Origin: the human T2T-CHM13v2.0 reference genome, Homo sapiens
NCBI RefSeq assembly: GCF_009914755.1
Contig: NC_060947.1
Reading direction: 5' to 3' (one strand)
DNA: 64,000 bases
Shown: positions 32,580 through 46,567 of the stretch, in pieces
Layout: every line of letters starts with the position of its first letter
How positions within the stretch are numbered: position 1 is the stretch's first letter
Notes under the pieces: model-generated
What the model was told of the DNA's origin: nothing
The model's input: the letters and a program-made list of their open reading frames with translations, nothing else
Databases searched by the model: none
Position numbers and translations under genes: made by a program

Positions 32580-33340
32580 CTAGATAATAAGGGATAGAAT
32601 GCAGAGTGGGCCTGGCAGAGGGGCAAAGCCCAGAGAGCCTCATACCACAAGCCAGGCCTATTCCAGGAAGAATTCTGGCTCTCTGCCACCAGAAGACAGC
32701 ATTAGCCACTGGGCAGATGAAATACACTCATTGTTACCCGCAAGGTACCACCTGATCCAAACACACAGCACCATATGCCACTTCGATGAAAACAAAGTAA
32801 ATTGGGCAAGGGTTCAGTTCCATCCTTGGATCTACTCGGCATTCTCCAGTCCCATCAACTGTATTTAAATGTTGTTTTAAGACTCTATTGGATATTTTTC
32901 ATGGTTTTTCTCCTACCCCACCAATTAAATTGCTAATATATTAAGAGGCTTGGACTTCCTACTCCTCCTTGTACTTTGGTATAATATCCCTGCCCCCACA
33001 TGCAGTGAATGGTCAATATCACTGACCAACCGATCAACTTCTAGATATACATAGCACAAATCCACTGTCATTCAATCACGTATATAATGACTCATTTTTA
33101 GCAAACACATAAGGAATATTTGTAGCAAACTGGCTTCCACACTCTCCTCTTTGGAAAATAAGTTTTATTTTCTGTATCCCAAACCTCAATACAAATTATC
33201 AAAGATACCAAAATCTTTGAAGATCATTTCCAAGGGCCTTTGTGTGGTTTGTGATGAAGAATAAGCAATAATAGTATTGATATTACCTATGTCCCAAATA
33301 CCACACATTTCCCTCTCTAACAGAGATCTATGAATCTTAC

Positions 33341-33522
33341 CTGGAGATAAATTCCTCAGTTAGGGCCTTGGTGGTGCATTTCAGTCTATCCACAAATTCA
33401 GGTGATCTGAATAAAACTTCACCAGAGAAGCTTCTGGCCACTAGCAAGACTGAGGCCAGGACAGTTAACTGGTGCAACTGGAATGCCAGTTCCTGGAGCC
33501 GGATTCTGTCCATCAGCAGAGT
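33341..33522 (-). CDS. TCP11X2: TCP11X coding exon 7 (182 nt)
   Basis: ccctcaccag|ACTCTG...TCCAG|gtaaga; TLLMDRIRLQELAFQLHQLTVLASVLLVA...EEFISR. Confidence 0.9.
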
Positions 33523-33620
33523 CTGGTGAGGGAGCGAAGGACAGCCCATCAGAAGAGGAGGGTTTGAATGGAGGCACTGAATACCATAGAACAAGGCAAT
33601 GCCCAAACACACATCCCTAC

Positions 33621-33840
33621 CTCTGGGAATTCTACGTTTTCAAGATCCCAGAGGAGGAGGTTCAGGTAGCCTTGGTATAGCACCATTGTTGGACTGGGGG
33701 GCTCTGAATTGTTACCTGCCCCGCTTGGAAGTGAACACGCCATGCTGCAGGAGGAGCTAGGTGAGTCAGGAGAACTCGGACATAGTGTAGTGATGTCTGT
33801 GGCTGTTTGGTTAGCCATTTTGTGGTATAATCGAGGAGAC
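33621..33840 (-). CDS. TCP11X2: TCP11X coding exon 6 (220 nt; frameshifted near 33805)
   Basis: ctcgtcgtag|GTCTCCTCGAT...CCAGAG|gtaggg. The entry frame gives SLLDYTTKWLTK; TCP11-like residues (ATDITTL...PTMVLYQGYLNLLLWD...EFPE) continue only in another frame. Confidence 0.85.
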
Positions 33841-34086
33841 CTACGACGAGAAGGGAATATGCATCTTAAAATTCCAAGGCTTAAAGATGATGGCTCTGAG
33901 ACATACTCTTGGTCTATAAAGAAGTGATTTTGTAGATCTTTCTATCTTAGAGAAACATTCCTTCTCCCTACCCCTTGCCCAAGGAAGAAACTTTCTATTC
34001 AAAAAATAGAAAATAGCCTCTATTGCTATAAGAAGGCAGACCTGAGGTCAAATCTCCCCTCTCCTGCCCTTGAATTTTAAACATAC

Positions 34087-34223
34087 TGGGCTGTTTATCA
34101 AGGAGTTCCTGGAATTTAGCTTGTTCATACTGGATGGAATGTTCCTGCAGGTAGGGTCGAAAGCTCTGGATGGTATAGTTCACCATGTCCATTTTCATTA
34201 GGCCCAGAACACGGAGGATGCCC
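34087..34223 (-). CDS. TCP11X2: TCP11X coding exon 5 (137 nt)
   Basis: ctccctacggcag|GGGCATC...CAGCCCA|gtatgt; GILRVLGLMKMDMVNYTIQSFRPYLQEHSIQYEQAKFQELLDKQP. Confidence 0.9.
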
Positions 34224-34989
34224 CTGCCGTAGGGAGAAACAGAACATTTACACTATTAAAGGAAATCTAGTCTGGAAGGGTGGAATCCAAGCAAGGAGCC
34301 ATAAAAGCAGAGTATTTGAGAGTCAGAAGAAGCCTTAAAAACAAACAGTCCTATTTCAACTTATGAATAATGGTACTGTGGCCAGTGACCCAAGGCCATA
34401 GAGTGAGTTGATGGCAAAACTAAGGACAGTTATACCTCCTGACACTTTAACAACCAGATGAGAGCTCTTTTGCCTGTAGTCAGTCTGTCACCTTGAAAAA
34501 AGGGTAGTCAGTGAAAGGAAAATCACCAAGGTGTTAACAATTATATGTGGGTAGCTGGGATGTGGGTGACTGAATTTCTAACTCATTGAGCAGATCATTT
34601 TACTTTTCCGGGTCCTGGTTCTTCTAGCTGTGAAACACGGATAATCCTCTTTCCTGTCCCCTCACAAGGTCTGAGTTGGGACAAACAGGACAACATCTGG
34701 GAAAAGGCAATTTGCAATCTATAGGAGAAAGAATTACTGTACCTTAATGTCTTAACAGTATCATGACATAAAGGAGACCCAACTGATCTAAAGATCATCA
34801 AAAGGAACCCCGAGAGACTGTCCTTGGAAAATAAAAGCCAATAATCCAGAAAGGAGAAAAGGTGTGTTAGTCAGGTCATCAGTACACAAGAGTTAGATAA
34901 GACAGGGGCTATATCCACAGTGGCTGGCTCAGAGTTCTCCGGCACAGTGTCTAAGGCAGATTTGGGGGACAGCACATCTAGACTCTCAC

Positions 34990-35210
34990 CTCAGTAACTG
35001 CACTGGATCTCTTATGGTCTCTAGTTTCTGTATCGCTTCATCTCGAACCGGTGCACATAGCAGAGCCATCAAATTGAGAATGTAGTTAGAAAGATGAGGG
35101 ACATCCAGGGCCCCATGTTCTGCTTCCTGCTTGAGGAGATCTGTGTCCAGAGCTTCTTCTATCTCATTTCTTAGGCGGTTCTGCCATGGTAATAGCAGTG
35201 ATAGCAAGGT
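34990..35210 (-). CDS. TCP11X2: TCP11X coding exon 4 (221 nt)
   Basis: gggcag|ACCTTG...CTGAG|gtgaga; TLLSLLLPWQNRLRNEIEEALD...LLCAPVRDEAIQKLETIRDPVQLLR. Confidence 0.9.
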
Positions 35211-35943
35211 CTGCCCAACAAAGGAAATCAAAGGAGCCAAGTTCTGTTCAGAACCTCAAACTTTCTCCAATGAACTATGCTCTTAGGCCAAAGGCATCCC
35301 AGATTATGTCTTCTGGGGGGGCAGAGAACTGAGTCTCTACATTTCTTAGAGAGTATTATTTCTTTCTGTCTAGAGGACAATTACCATTCAAGGCTTCACT
35401 GGGATCAGTTATAGTAGTAGTCATTACTATTTTTTAGGTAGAATGAGGTAAAAATATGAATAAAAATAAGAATGTGGTTTTAAATGTGTGGGATATAAGA
35501 AATATGAAATACACACCACCACAAGGAGATGAGGCATTCTTAATAAAGGATAAGGATATTTTTAGATTGTTTTACTCCAAAGTGTGAGGATAAAATAGCA
35601 AATCTGGAATCTTTAAGGTTCCCTTGAAATAGCCTTTTGACTCAAGCATGCAAGTTCCTTGTGGGCAAGGGCTCGCCTATTCATCTCCGGGATTCTGAAA
35701 CACATAGACCATAGTGGGGTTTCAGTAAGAATTTGTTTAATTGAGTTATATATTGTTATAGTCATCGCCCAATGGTCAAGTTTCATCTTATACAAATAAA
35801 ATGGAAGCTGCCCCATCCTATCTATTTAAGTAGTAGGTCACGTTAAAAAAAGTATGCTACTTGATATATTAACAGCCATTGACGATCCAAGGTTCTGAGA
35901 TGCCCAGGAACTTCCCATCCACGAATGGGAGTTGGTTACTCAC

Positions 35944-36064
35944 CTCCTTAACATCTTTTAGAAGTTCAAGGGCACAAGTGAAGTCAGGAGGAGTACTCAA
36001 TAGCTGTTCTTTCAGATGGTTCCAAAAAGCATTGTACATTGCCTCCGCAAACCTGCCTTCTACA
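35944..36064 (-). CDS. TCP11X2: TCP11X coding exon 3 (121 nt)
   Basis: ccttcttatag|TGTAGAAGG...TAAGGAG|gtgagt; SVEGRFAEAMYNAFWNHLKEQLLSTPPDFTCALELLKDVKE. Confidence 0.9.
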
Positions 36065-36610
36065 CTATAAGAAGGGTTAAATGAGCAGATTGCTCTTTTA
36101 CCTAGAAAATTGATACAGGATCATAATTTCCCAAACAGCATTTAAAATTATGAAAGACCATTAACTTGACAGGCTAGGAGGACCTATGTTTAGACTTGAG
36201 AAGGGCTGAATAAACTGAAGGTAGTCTCAGATGGAAAAGCATTGGCTAAATTCTCTCAGAAGGGTACCTCAAGGTTCCAGAGACACTCTCTTCCTGCAGC
36301 AGGAAGAACCATAAACTAGGAGTTGAGACTCTGACTTCTAACCCTAGTTCTGCACCTAGCCTGGATGTGTGACTTAGTTTCCACTGCCATAGACTTAAAA
36401 CTTTGAACCAGATGCTATTTTTCCTTCAGGCCTGAAATCTAGGAAAGGATTTTACCTCTTGATAATACCTGAAGGTCTTCTGAGACACTTTAAATTCAGC
36501 AAGCCCAAAACTGAACTCCTTATCTTCCTTCTTTAAATTTGTTCCTCATGTATACTTAGTTCTGTAACCAGAAATCTGAGACTTTTTCTCTTTAAAAAAA
36601 TATAATAGTA

Positions 36611-37030
<420 letters not shown>

Positions 37031-37139
37031 TTACAAAAATACAAGTGATTAAAAAATATATGAAACAAAAATTCAAAGTTTCTCCTCCAACACAACAATC
37101 TAACCTGTGAAAGTTCAACTATTATCTATCTGGTGTGTA

Positions 37140-37870
37140 CTGTAGTCCTTCTTAATTCCTTTCCCCTCATGTCCTTTATCCACTCAGTCACCCAATTCCA
37201 GAGATTTTGCTTCCTAAATATCTCTGGAATCGGCCCCCACCCACTGTCATCTCTTTCCTGAACTATTGCTATAGTCTATTAAATGGCCACCTTACACCCA
37301 CAAAACCTTACCCCAACAATGGTACATATTTTTGATAAAAATCAATGAGTTTTCTAAGATACAAATCTGATCATAATAGTATACTCATTTAAAGTTCTTC
37401 AGACGCTACCTATCTCTAGCAGTGTACGTGGCCTTTAAGTCCCTTCACGATCCTATTCTGCCACTTCTCCTACCTTAACCTTCTTTCTCCTCCTACATCC
37501 TGTGCTCTAACAATCACAGTCCACTTATAATTAATATATAATTGTCTTCCATCCCTCTATGGCTCTGAAATGACATTTCCTCTTCCAGGAGAGTCCCTTC
37601 TCCCCTAAACCACCTGAAAAGACTCAATTCAAGTGTTACCTTATTAGGAAAGTCTTCGCTGACCTTCCCCAGGTAGCTGAGCACTGCATAGAACTCCACA
37701 CACTAGATATGAGATAACTTATCACTCTGCACAGTAGCTATTTGACTATCTTCCCTACAGAAGCTTTTTGATGGCAAAGACAGTGACTCACTCAACTATA
37801 TGTCTTCAGCTTTCAACATTCTGCCTTCCACCTAATAAGTACTCAATAAATGTTTGTTGAATAAATGTCT
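37140..37870 (+). mobile_element. L2 LINE 3' fragment
   Basis: Pyrimidine-rich L2 motifs ending tactcaataaatgtttgttgaataaatg. Confidence 0.7.
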
Positions 37871-38819
37871 TATTATGAGATTTCCCCTAAAAACCGATAA
37901 CTGTGCTTAGTATAATTTTATAAGTCCAAAGGGAAAACTGTCAATTATCTGTAGATAATGGATAACCCCAAACTCTATTTCAACCTCTTATCCAGTATAC
38001 ATTTTGTATTACTACATTTGAAAAAGCCTGTTAATTTAAAAAACACAGTGAAATCCAAGCCCTAAATAATATTATTCCTCCTGCTTCATCTATCCACCCC
38101 CTGAGATCCCTAGCCACTTTAACAGACCTTCATTCTCTTAGCTTCACTTTTTTCTGCACCCCTACCAGGAGAAAAACAAATCTAACTCGGGCCGCAGGGA
38201 CTATAAAGGCAATGAGGGAGATGCTACGAGACCTGTGTTTTGGTAAAAACTTCCTTCAGGTAACCCATCCTTGGCAACAGACAAAGGAAAATCTAAGAAG
38301 TATGAAGATCAAGAGAACCACTGACAAAGCAAGGGGCTTTACGTAACAGAATCCCAAAAGTGGCAAAATAACAGAAGCATTTAAGGTGGGAAATTAGAAA
38401 TACCGTAAAATATAGATTCTGACAAAGAAATCAACCCATTTAACTCTTAATAAACACTAGAAGCATTCAATCCATAAATGCTGGATGATTCTTAATCATA
38501 TATTGTTATATCAATATAATTAAGAGAAACCAATATAAAGCCTAATTGTAGAAGCACACTATTTATCGATGGGGTTCTAATCTTGATTCACAGAATCTTT
38601 ATTACACTGATTATGAAGCAGAAGTGTCCCCTGAAATTTCCTACTCCTGAAGAGTGAACAAAACCACTATTAGAAAATCTGCTCATCTCTGCCTGTTTAA
38701 TCTGCAGATAATTAAAAGTTGAACGGCTAGGAGTTACCTCTTCCAAGTCTGTCTGAAAAGATCTGAAAATCACTCTACGTTTCATTATTAACTAAGATCC
38801 TGAAATGAACATTTTGACA

Positions 38820-39335
<516 letters not shown>

Positions 39336-39540
39336 AACTGCATTGGTTTATTACCTGTTTAAATATAATTTGCTGCTTTGACACTTTTAAAGTAATACTT
39401 ACACTAATTTGTCGGTACTATATAAGACACACTCAACCATTAAATTTATTAATAAGATGCTTCAAGTCTGACCAAAAGTCATTTGTGCTATGTACCTATG
39501 CCCCGAAGAGTAAAATGGAAAAAAACTGAATAATCTGTAC

Positions 39541-39643
39541 CTGTTTGGAGGCAAAATGGTCTCTTCCACATAGAAATCTTGGTTTACTACAATTTCATGT
39601 GAAATGCTCAGCTTGGAAACTTCATTAACTGTCTCTATCAGAT
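39541..39643 (-). CDS. TCP11X2: TCP11X coding exon 2 (103 nt)
   Basis: ttttctgtcacag|ATCTG...CCAAACAG|gtacag; DLIETVNEVSKLSISHEIVVNQDFYVEETILPPN. Confidence 0.85.
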
Positions 39644-41655
39644 CTGTGACAGAAAAGACATCAGGTCTGCTTTCCGGAAAAAGAAAGAAAAAAAGCATAG
39701 CCATCATCAACAGGGAACCCACACAAAGAGAATTTTTATTTTATTTAGAGATTCACTCTGCCAAGTAAGGCTCCCAAGTTTAGATTCATCAAACGGATCT
39801 TACACAGACTTATTCAATCATTTTACCACCAGAAGTTTTCTGAACTCTTTGCTCTTCAGTAACACTGAACATCTCAGAGAAGTCAGGCATGGGAGGAAGA
39901 AATTAGTTTTTGAAAAACATAAAACAGTTTTGAAAACCTTCCACTTGAAATGTAAAACCATAAGCAAAACACAGCAAACAATGAATAAGTTGTGATTTGT
40001 AAAATTAATGTGTATCTAAAAGTTATTGTGTTCCCACTGTTCTCTTCCTACCTCAGGGGCTACACACAAGATGAAGGCTAAAATCTCCTTATAGATACCA
40101 CACGAATCTTACTAGATGGCTCTAAAGCTGAAACCTGCTCCTAAAACAGTAGTTTCCAAATCTGGGTATTCAACAGACAACACTTCAAAACAACATGAGT
40201 GACAGATAATGATTTGACAATTTTTATTTTTCCACATATGGACATGAAAGCAAACAAGCAAACAATGAAACTACCCTACCATCATCAAAATAATCACTTC
40301 ATAAAAAGAAAACATATTTTAACACCTCAGAAAGTATAAAGAAAACACAGTCAGCATTAAGAGTACTCTTTTAAATTGAATCAATTTAATATTATTTTAA
40401 AAACTCATTACAACCTCTTTATTGTTTTATTTCATTCAATATTGGTAAGAACTATGTCCTAGCCCAGCATTCGAATTTGGGAACCAGTGTTCTAAATTCA
40501 TCATACAGAGTACTTTCAGTAGTAAAACAAAGTATATATAGTAGTCACAATTATTACTTGATATGTAAAATAAAATATGCAATAAAACTATTTTGTAACT
40601 CAATTTTAATGTAGTTTCATAACTTGGTCAGAGAGAACGATTTATCCTTAAGATATAATAAAACTCACATATAAGAATCCTAAAGCTCACTCCAAGAAGA
40701 TGGTCCATTTATGCCCATTTATTTTTCATTTAAAAAACCGTTGATAAGACTTCTGTTGAAAAGTTGGTCCATCAACTGGTATTTCCCTTCTATACTAACT
40801 AAAAAGCTACATATGTTAAAATATACCATCTAATTAATTCATTAAGACATCATTTCTTTGAGAGATATTATGAAGTATGAATTGTGCCATTCTGCTTACT
40901 AGCAGTGACCCCAAGTGGCCACCAGAGAAACACACGTAATTCAACTTCATATTTTTTCCCCGTTTCAGTGTTCAAGAGGTTGGATCAAATTGCTACATCT
41001 GGAGAGGTCTGCAGATTAACCTTTGGTTAAATTCACTGGAGATTATTGTAAAAGAACTGCAATTTGAGTTCCTGTGAGGTTGGACTAGTCAAGCCAAAGC
41101 TTCAAATGCCTAACATAAGGTGTGAAAAAGACTTAAAGTCCCAATGTTCACATAAAAATGCTATTATTAAAGACCTAAATAATTTTACCCCAGAGCAGTG
41201 GTAATTTTTATGTCAACAAAGCACCCCTGGAAAAGGACAGAACACAACTGAAGCAACAGATAATTTGGATCACTTCGATCTGTCCTAGATCTACCATTTG
41301 CACTTTACAAAATCAAAATACAAGAATGCTATTTATTTCCCAGGCTTTGAACTGACTAAATCACTCTCGACTGTTGTCAAACACAAGTAACTTGCTTTGT
41401 CGGTCTCTTTCTCTAAAACCAAAATCTTTTAATTTTACTTACCAATTAGGGGCCTAAGTCCTGCATGTAAAAATTAGAGGGGGCAGAAAGACAAGAGAAA
41501 GAATAATCCAAAAGAGGACTAACAGAAGGATTAGTAAGGAAAAATGCAAGGTTGCAAGAGCCTTCTATATCCCTTAAAGGCCCTTAAATCACAGGCTGTC
41601 TATTCCTTTAGCCTAATTGCTGTCCATAGAAGTGATGACATGATTCTAGACCTAC

Positions 41656-41782
41656 CAGGAGACTGGTCATCTAAACAGAAACTCTTGCTTTTCTGGCTCT
41701 GCCCTGGTGTTTTAGGCTCAGGGGCCCCATTCTCTGCTACACTGGGATCATTCTGGAGCACAGTTTCCTCAGTCTTCGGCAT
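41656..41782 (-). CDS. TCP11X2: TCP11X coding exon 1 (ATG at 41782; exon extends to acceptor at 41793)
   Basis: Acceptor ctccaattccag|ATAACATCAAGATG; encodes MPKTEETVLQNDPSVAENGAPEPKTPGQSQKSKSFCLDDQSP; donor CCTG|gtaggt, phase 1. Confidence 0.85.
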
Positions 41783-42280
41783 CTTGATGTTATCTGGAAT
41801 TGGAGAGAAAAGAAGAGGCAAGCTGTGTAAGACCTGACTCTCGCCCAGGGACAAAAAGAAAGAGCGCTCTTCAACTACAATTGTGTGTCCTGGTGACTGA
41901 ACCCGCTGCCGTCAGTTGAAAGCATTAAGTACCAGGGCTCAAAGGTTCTCAAAGGAACAACTAGGGTCTTCAAACAGGCCTCGAGGGGAAGGGGAATTAG
42001 TGGCACTTCCTTTACTGAAATCAAAGAAGTCTGGTCTTGGGCAAGCAGAAGAGGAAAACAAGGCCCAGAGATGGACAATTAACTCGCCAGAAGCGGGGCA
42101 CACTGCACATTACTGACCAAGCTAGGAAAGGAATCTTCCTCGGCTCTGGCTACCTTTCATTGGTCCTGGAATACCTTCTAACTCCTTAGCTACTGCTCCA
42201 GACCTTCCTGAAGGGGCTCTGCCGGCCTGGACTCAGGCAGCAGGGTATCCCCCACAGCCCTCGCGACCCTGGTCCCTCAC

Positions 42281-42330
42281 CTCCTCCTCGTCCTCGACTG
42301 GCGGCCTCGCCTCTGCGTCTGCTAGCGAAG
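42281..42330 (-). other. TCP11X2: Putative non-coding first exon of the TCP11X gene (5' boundary uncertain)
   Basis: CpG-containing segment ending in a strong donor GAGGAGGAG|gtgagg at 42281/42280, upstream of the ATG exon. Confidence 0.6.
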
Positions 42331-44109
42331 CCCCTCTGCCTCCCCAACCTGGTCTGGGAAGTACCATTGTAGCCAGGAAGAGAGGGGAGATCATCAGGGA
42401 GGAGTAGGACGGAACCATGGAGATTATGAGGTCCACCTGGAGCGCACCCCTACCTGTGACACAAGATAGGAGAGTCCAAACATGAAAACAAAGGGTGATC
42501 CGTTTCCAGGGTAGCGGGGTGGTATCACTTGCCCAGGGTGCCTTGGAAACCAAGACGGCAGGAAACGCAAGCAGAGCCTCACCATTGGGTGACAAAGGCA
42601 GGAGGCTGAGATAGACGTAAGGAGGCTTCATGTCCATACCCTCCCGCCCAGGCTCGGAACCCCTCAGGAGCTTGGAAGTCATCTTCTCAAGCCCTGCTCC
42701 TCGTGAACGAACTGTTCAAAGCTTTTATCCTTACTGCCCCAGAAACAAAAATAGCATTTAAATAACTATTTAGGGGGAAAAAATAAGCGTTTGTTGTTTA
42801 TTTGTTTCACTTCATGCTGTTCATACAGCCCCTACAAATGAAGAACCAACAGGGCTACAAAATTCCAGAAGTCTGTTTTGGGTTTTCTTTTATCTTTTGT
42901 ATAAGTGAATCCTCCACACAAAGTAAGGAGAGACACATGAACTGTTAAACTCTCATTTTACAAATATGCAAATCAAGAATCATTTTAAAGGGCTAGCCAC
43001 AGAAGCTGTGTGGTAAAGGGGCAAGACCATAAGCCTGAGAGGAATCCTACGTTTTGGTTTGGGTTCTTTCAGCTCAATTCTTGGCATGTTCTTCATTGCA
43101 ATCCAATTGTGAGCTTTGGAGCTCATCTGTAAACTGAGGGCACTGGAACGGACGATCCTAAGGGGCCTCATGTTGCTCACTCTTCAGTCCTAGTCTACTT
43201 TGTCACTCCACTGGCCAGTCACCACAGTGATATGAGGACCCCTGGATTGGCCTATTTCCAGCATATATACATTTCCACACTATACTAGTTGATCCCTCTC
43301 TTACCCTGACTTAATTTCTTAACATATTAACTTGTTTCTTTTATAAATCAAGACTATACTTTGACCAGATTCTCACCACAATCCTCGCCTTGTTAGTGGC
43401 AACAGTACCGTGTGAATATCTTGCACAACATGGGGATTTTGAAGAAGAAAGTTATGGGGAAGAGGTCCAAGAACTTTCCAGCCTAGGAAAAATCCACCTT
43501 AACTTCCAGGCACAGGAGGATATGAGGGGACTTGGCTAGTAAAGTTAGCGCTTAGCTAAAGAGTTTATTTTACTAATGAATACTAAATCTGAATTCCCTC
43601 CTCATCCTCTCCTAGTATTTCCTTCAGTAATATCAGCTGTGAAACAAATTGCTCTCATATCAACCCCAGGATAAATGTTTAAATATATTTTTCTTGATTT
43701 GAACATAAAATTATACATTCATAAGGCATATGTTTCACTATACCAGAAGTTCATTTCTCATTAAAAAAATCAGAATTCTATTGTATTTCTTTCTAAGAAA
43801 ACCTTCCAGAATGACACCAATTCATCTTCTCACAAAATTGCATTGTTAAAAAAAAAAAAAACTCTACGCAGTGATAACCTAAAATTCTATCAGCTCTTCA
43901 TTCAAATAGTGAAATAGTCTTTTGAAGTGTCTTTTAATATTGAAATCCCCTGGGAGAGGTAATGAGGGGAAATAGAAGTGTGGGAAAAATAAAGGGAGAG
44001 AACTAGTGGAAAACAGCAAATCACATTTTGCCTAGGGATGGCCCAGATACTGTATTTAATAATACGTATTATCAAGAGTTGTCAAGAACCAACTAGAGGA
44101 ACAGAGAGA

Positions 44110-46567
44110 GATGGTGGAATAGAAGGCTATACCTTGTGTACCCCCTGCAGGAACACCAAATTGCAACCACTATCTGCATACAGAAAAGCATCATCATGAG
44201 AACCAAAAGTCAGGTGAGCAATCACAGTGCCTGGTTTTAAATTCATATTGTTGGAACAGACATTCAAGAGGTCAGACAGAGACAGTCAGTCTTAAATCGC
44301 CGATGCCACCCCTCCCCCGTATCCTGGCAGCAGCTGTGCAGCCCAGAGAGTCTGTACACTTGGGAGAAGAAGAAGGCAGTGACTGGGGAACTTCACATTG
44401 AACTCAGTGCTACCCTGCCATACCAGAGAGCAAAGCCGTGCTGGGCTCAGCCAGTGCCCACTCACAGAGGGAGCATCTGGACCAGACCTAGCTAGAGGGG
44501 ATTCACCCATCCCAGGGCGGAGAACTTGAGTCTCTCGGCAATCCACACCACTACAGGCCAAAGTGCTCTGGGGTCCCAGGTAAACTTGAAGGGATGCCTA
44601 GGACACAAAGACTGCAATTCCTAGGCAACTCCTAGGAAATTAAACGATATGCACATAAATGAACAGTGGATCAAAAAAGAAGTTAAAAAGGAAACTGAAA
44701 ACTTTTACGAAACAAATGATAATGGAAACACAACATACCAAAACCTATGGGATACAGAAAAAGCAGTACTGATATCAAAATTTATAGCTGTAAATGCCTA
44801 CATTGAAAAGAAGAACGACTTCAAATAAAAAACCTAATGATGCATCATAAAGAACTATAAAAATAAGAGTAAATTAGAGGAAAACAAATTAGAAGAAAAG
44901 AAACAATAAAGATCAGAGCAGAAATAAATGAATTTGAAATGAAGAAAACAATACAAAAGATCAATGAAACAAAAAGTTGCTTTTTTGTTAAAGGTAAACA
45001 AAATTGACAAATGTTTAGCCGGACTCATGAAGAACAAAATGGAGAAGACCCAAATAAATAAAATCAGAGATGGAAGAGGAGACATTACGACTGATACCAC
45101 AGAAATTCAAAGAATCACCAGTGGCTACTATGAGCAAGGATATGCCAATAGATTGGAAAATCTAGAAGAAATGGATAAATTTCTAGACACATACAATCTA
45201 CCAAGATTGAAACACGAAGAAATCCGAAACCTGAGCAGACCAATAACAGGTAACACAGTAAAGCCTTAATAAATAGTCTCCGTCTATAGTAAAGCAAAGC
45301 CCGAGACCTTATGACCTCACTGCTAAATTCTACCAAACATTTAAAGAAGAACTAATGCCAGTCCTACTCAAACTACTCTGAAAAATAGAGGAGGAGAAAA
45401 TATTTTCAAACTCATCCTACAATGCCAGTATTACCCTGATACCAAAACCAGACAAACACACATCAAAAAAGGAAAACTACAGGCCAATGTCTCTGATGAA
45501 TATTGATGCAAAAATCCTCGACAAAATACTAGTGAACCCAATTCGACAATACACTAGAAAGATCTTTAATCATGACCAGGAAGGATTTATCCCTGGGATG
45601 CAAAGATGGTTCAACATGCACAAATAAATCAGTGTGACACATCATACCAACAGAATGAAGGACGAAAACCATATTATCATTTCAAGTGATGCTGAAAAAG
45701 CATTTGATAAAATTCAACATTACTTTATCATAAAAGCCCCCAAAACACTGTGTATAGAAGGAACACGCCTCAACATAATAAAAGCCATAAAAAACAGAGA
45801 TCCACAGCTAGTATCATAAGAATGAGTAGAAAGTGAAAGTCTTTCCTGTAAGATCTGGAATACAACAAGGATACCCACTTTCACTCCTGTTGTTTCACCA
45901 CTATGAAACTACTACTACAAGAAAACATTGGGGAAACTGTCCAGGATATTGGTCTGGGCAAAAAATTCTTGAGTAATATCCCATAAGCACAGGCAAACCA
46001 AGGCAAAAATAGACAAATGGAATCACATCAAGTAAAAAGCTTCTGCACAGTAAAGAAAACAATCACAAAATGAAGAGACAACACACAGAATGGGAGAAAT
46101 ATTTGCAAACTACCCACCTGACAAGAGATTAATAACCAGTATATATAAGGAGCTCAAACAACTCTATAGGAGAAAATCTAATAATCCAATTAAAACATGG
46201 GCAAAAGATCTGAATAGACATTTCTCAAAAGAAGACATACAAATGGCAAACAAGCGCATGAAAAGGTGCTCGACATTAGTGATCATCAGAGAAATGCAAA
46301 TCAAAACTACAGTGAGGTATCATCCGCCCCAGTTAAAATGGCTTATATCCGAAAGACAGACAATAACAAATGCTGGCAAAGTTGTGGACAAAAGGGAACC
46401 TTTGTACACTGTCGGCAGGAATGTAAATTAGTATAACCACTATGGAGAACACTTGGAAGTTCCTCAAAAAACTAAAAACAGAGCTACCGTATGATCCACC
46501 AATACCACTCCTGGGTATATTTCTAAAAGAAAGAAAATCAGTATATTGAAGAGATATCTGCACTCCT
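44110..46567 (+). mobile_element. Internally deleted L1MA-type LINE (5' region joined to ORF2 fragments)
   Basis: agatggtggaatagaagg 5' start; jump to ORF2 near 44635; ~0.9-kb RT-region deletion near 45900; abrupt end at gagatatctgcactcct. Confidence 0.8.

Noticed and set aside
39644-39670. Upstream AG acceptors (ggaaag, aagcag) for TCP11X exon 2
   Set aside because: They add 26 or 23 nt and break the frame; the tcacag acceptor at 39643 fits phase 1.
42233-42682. 149-aa ORF upstream of TCP11X
   Set aside because: It runs through promoter sequence, the first exon and its donor into the intron, with no recognisable homology; probably a by-product of GC-rich sequence.
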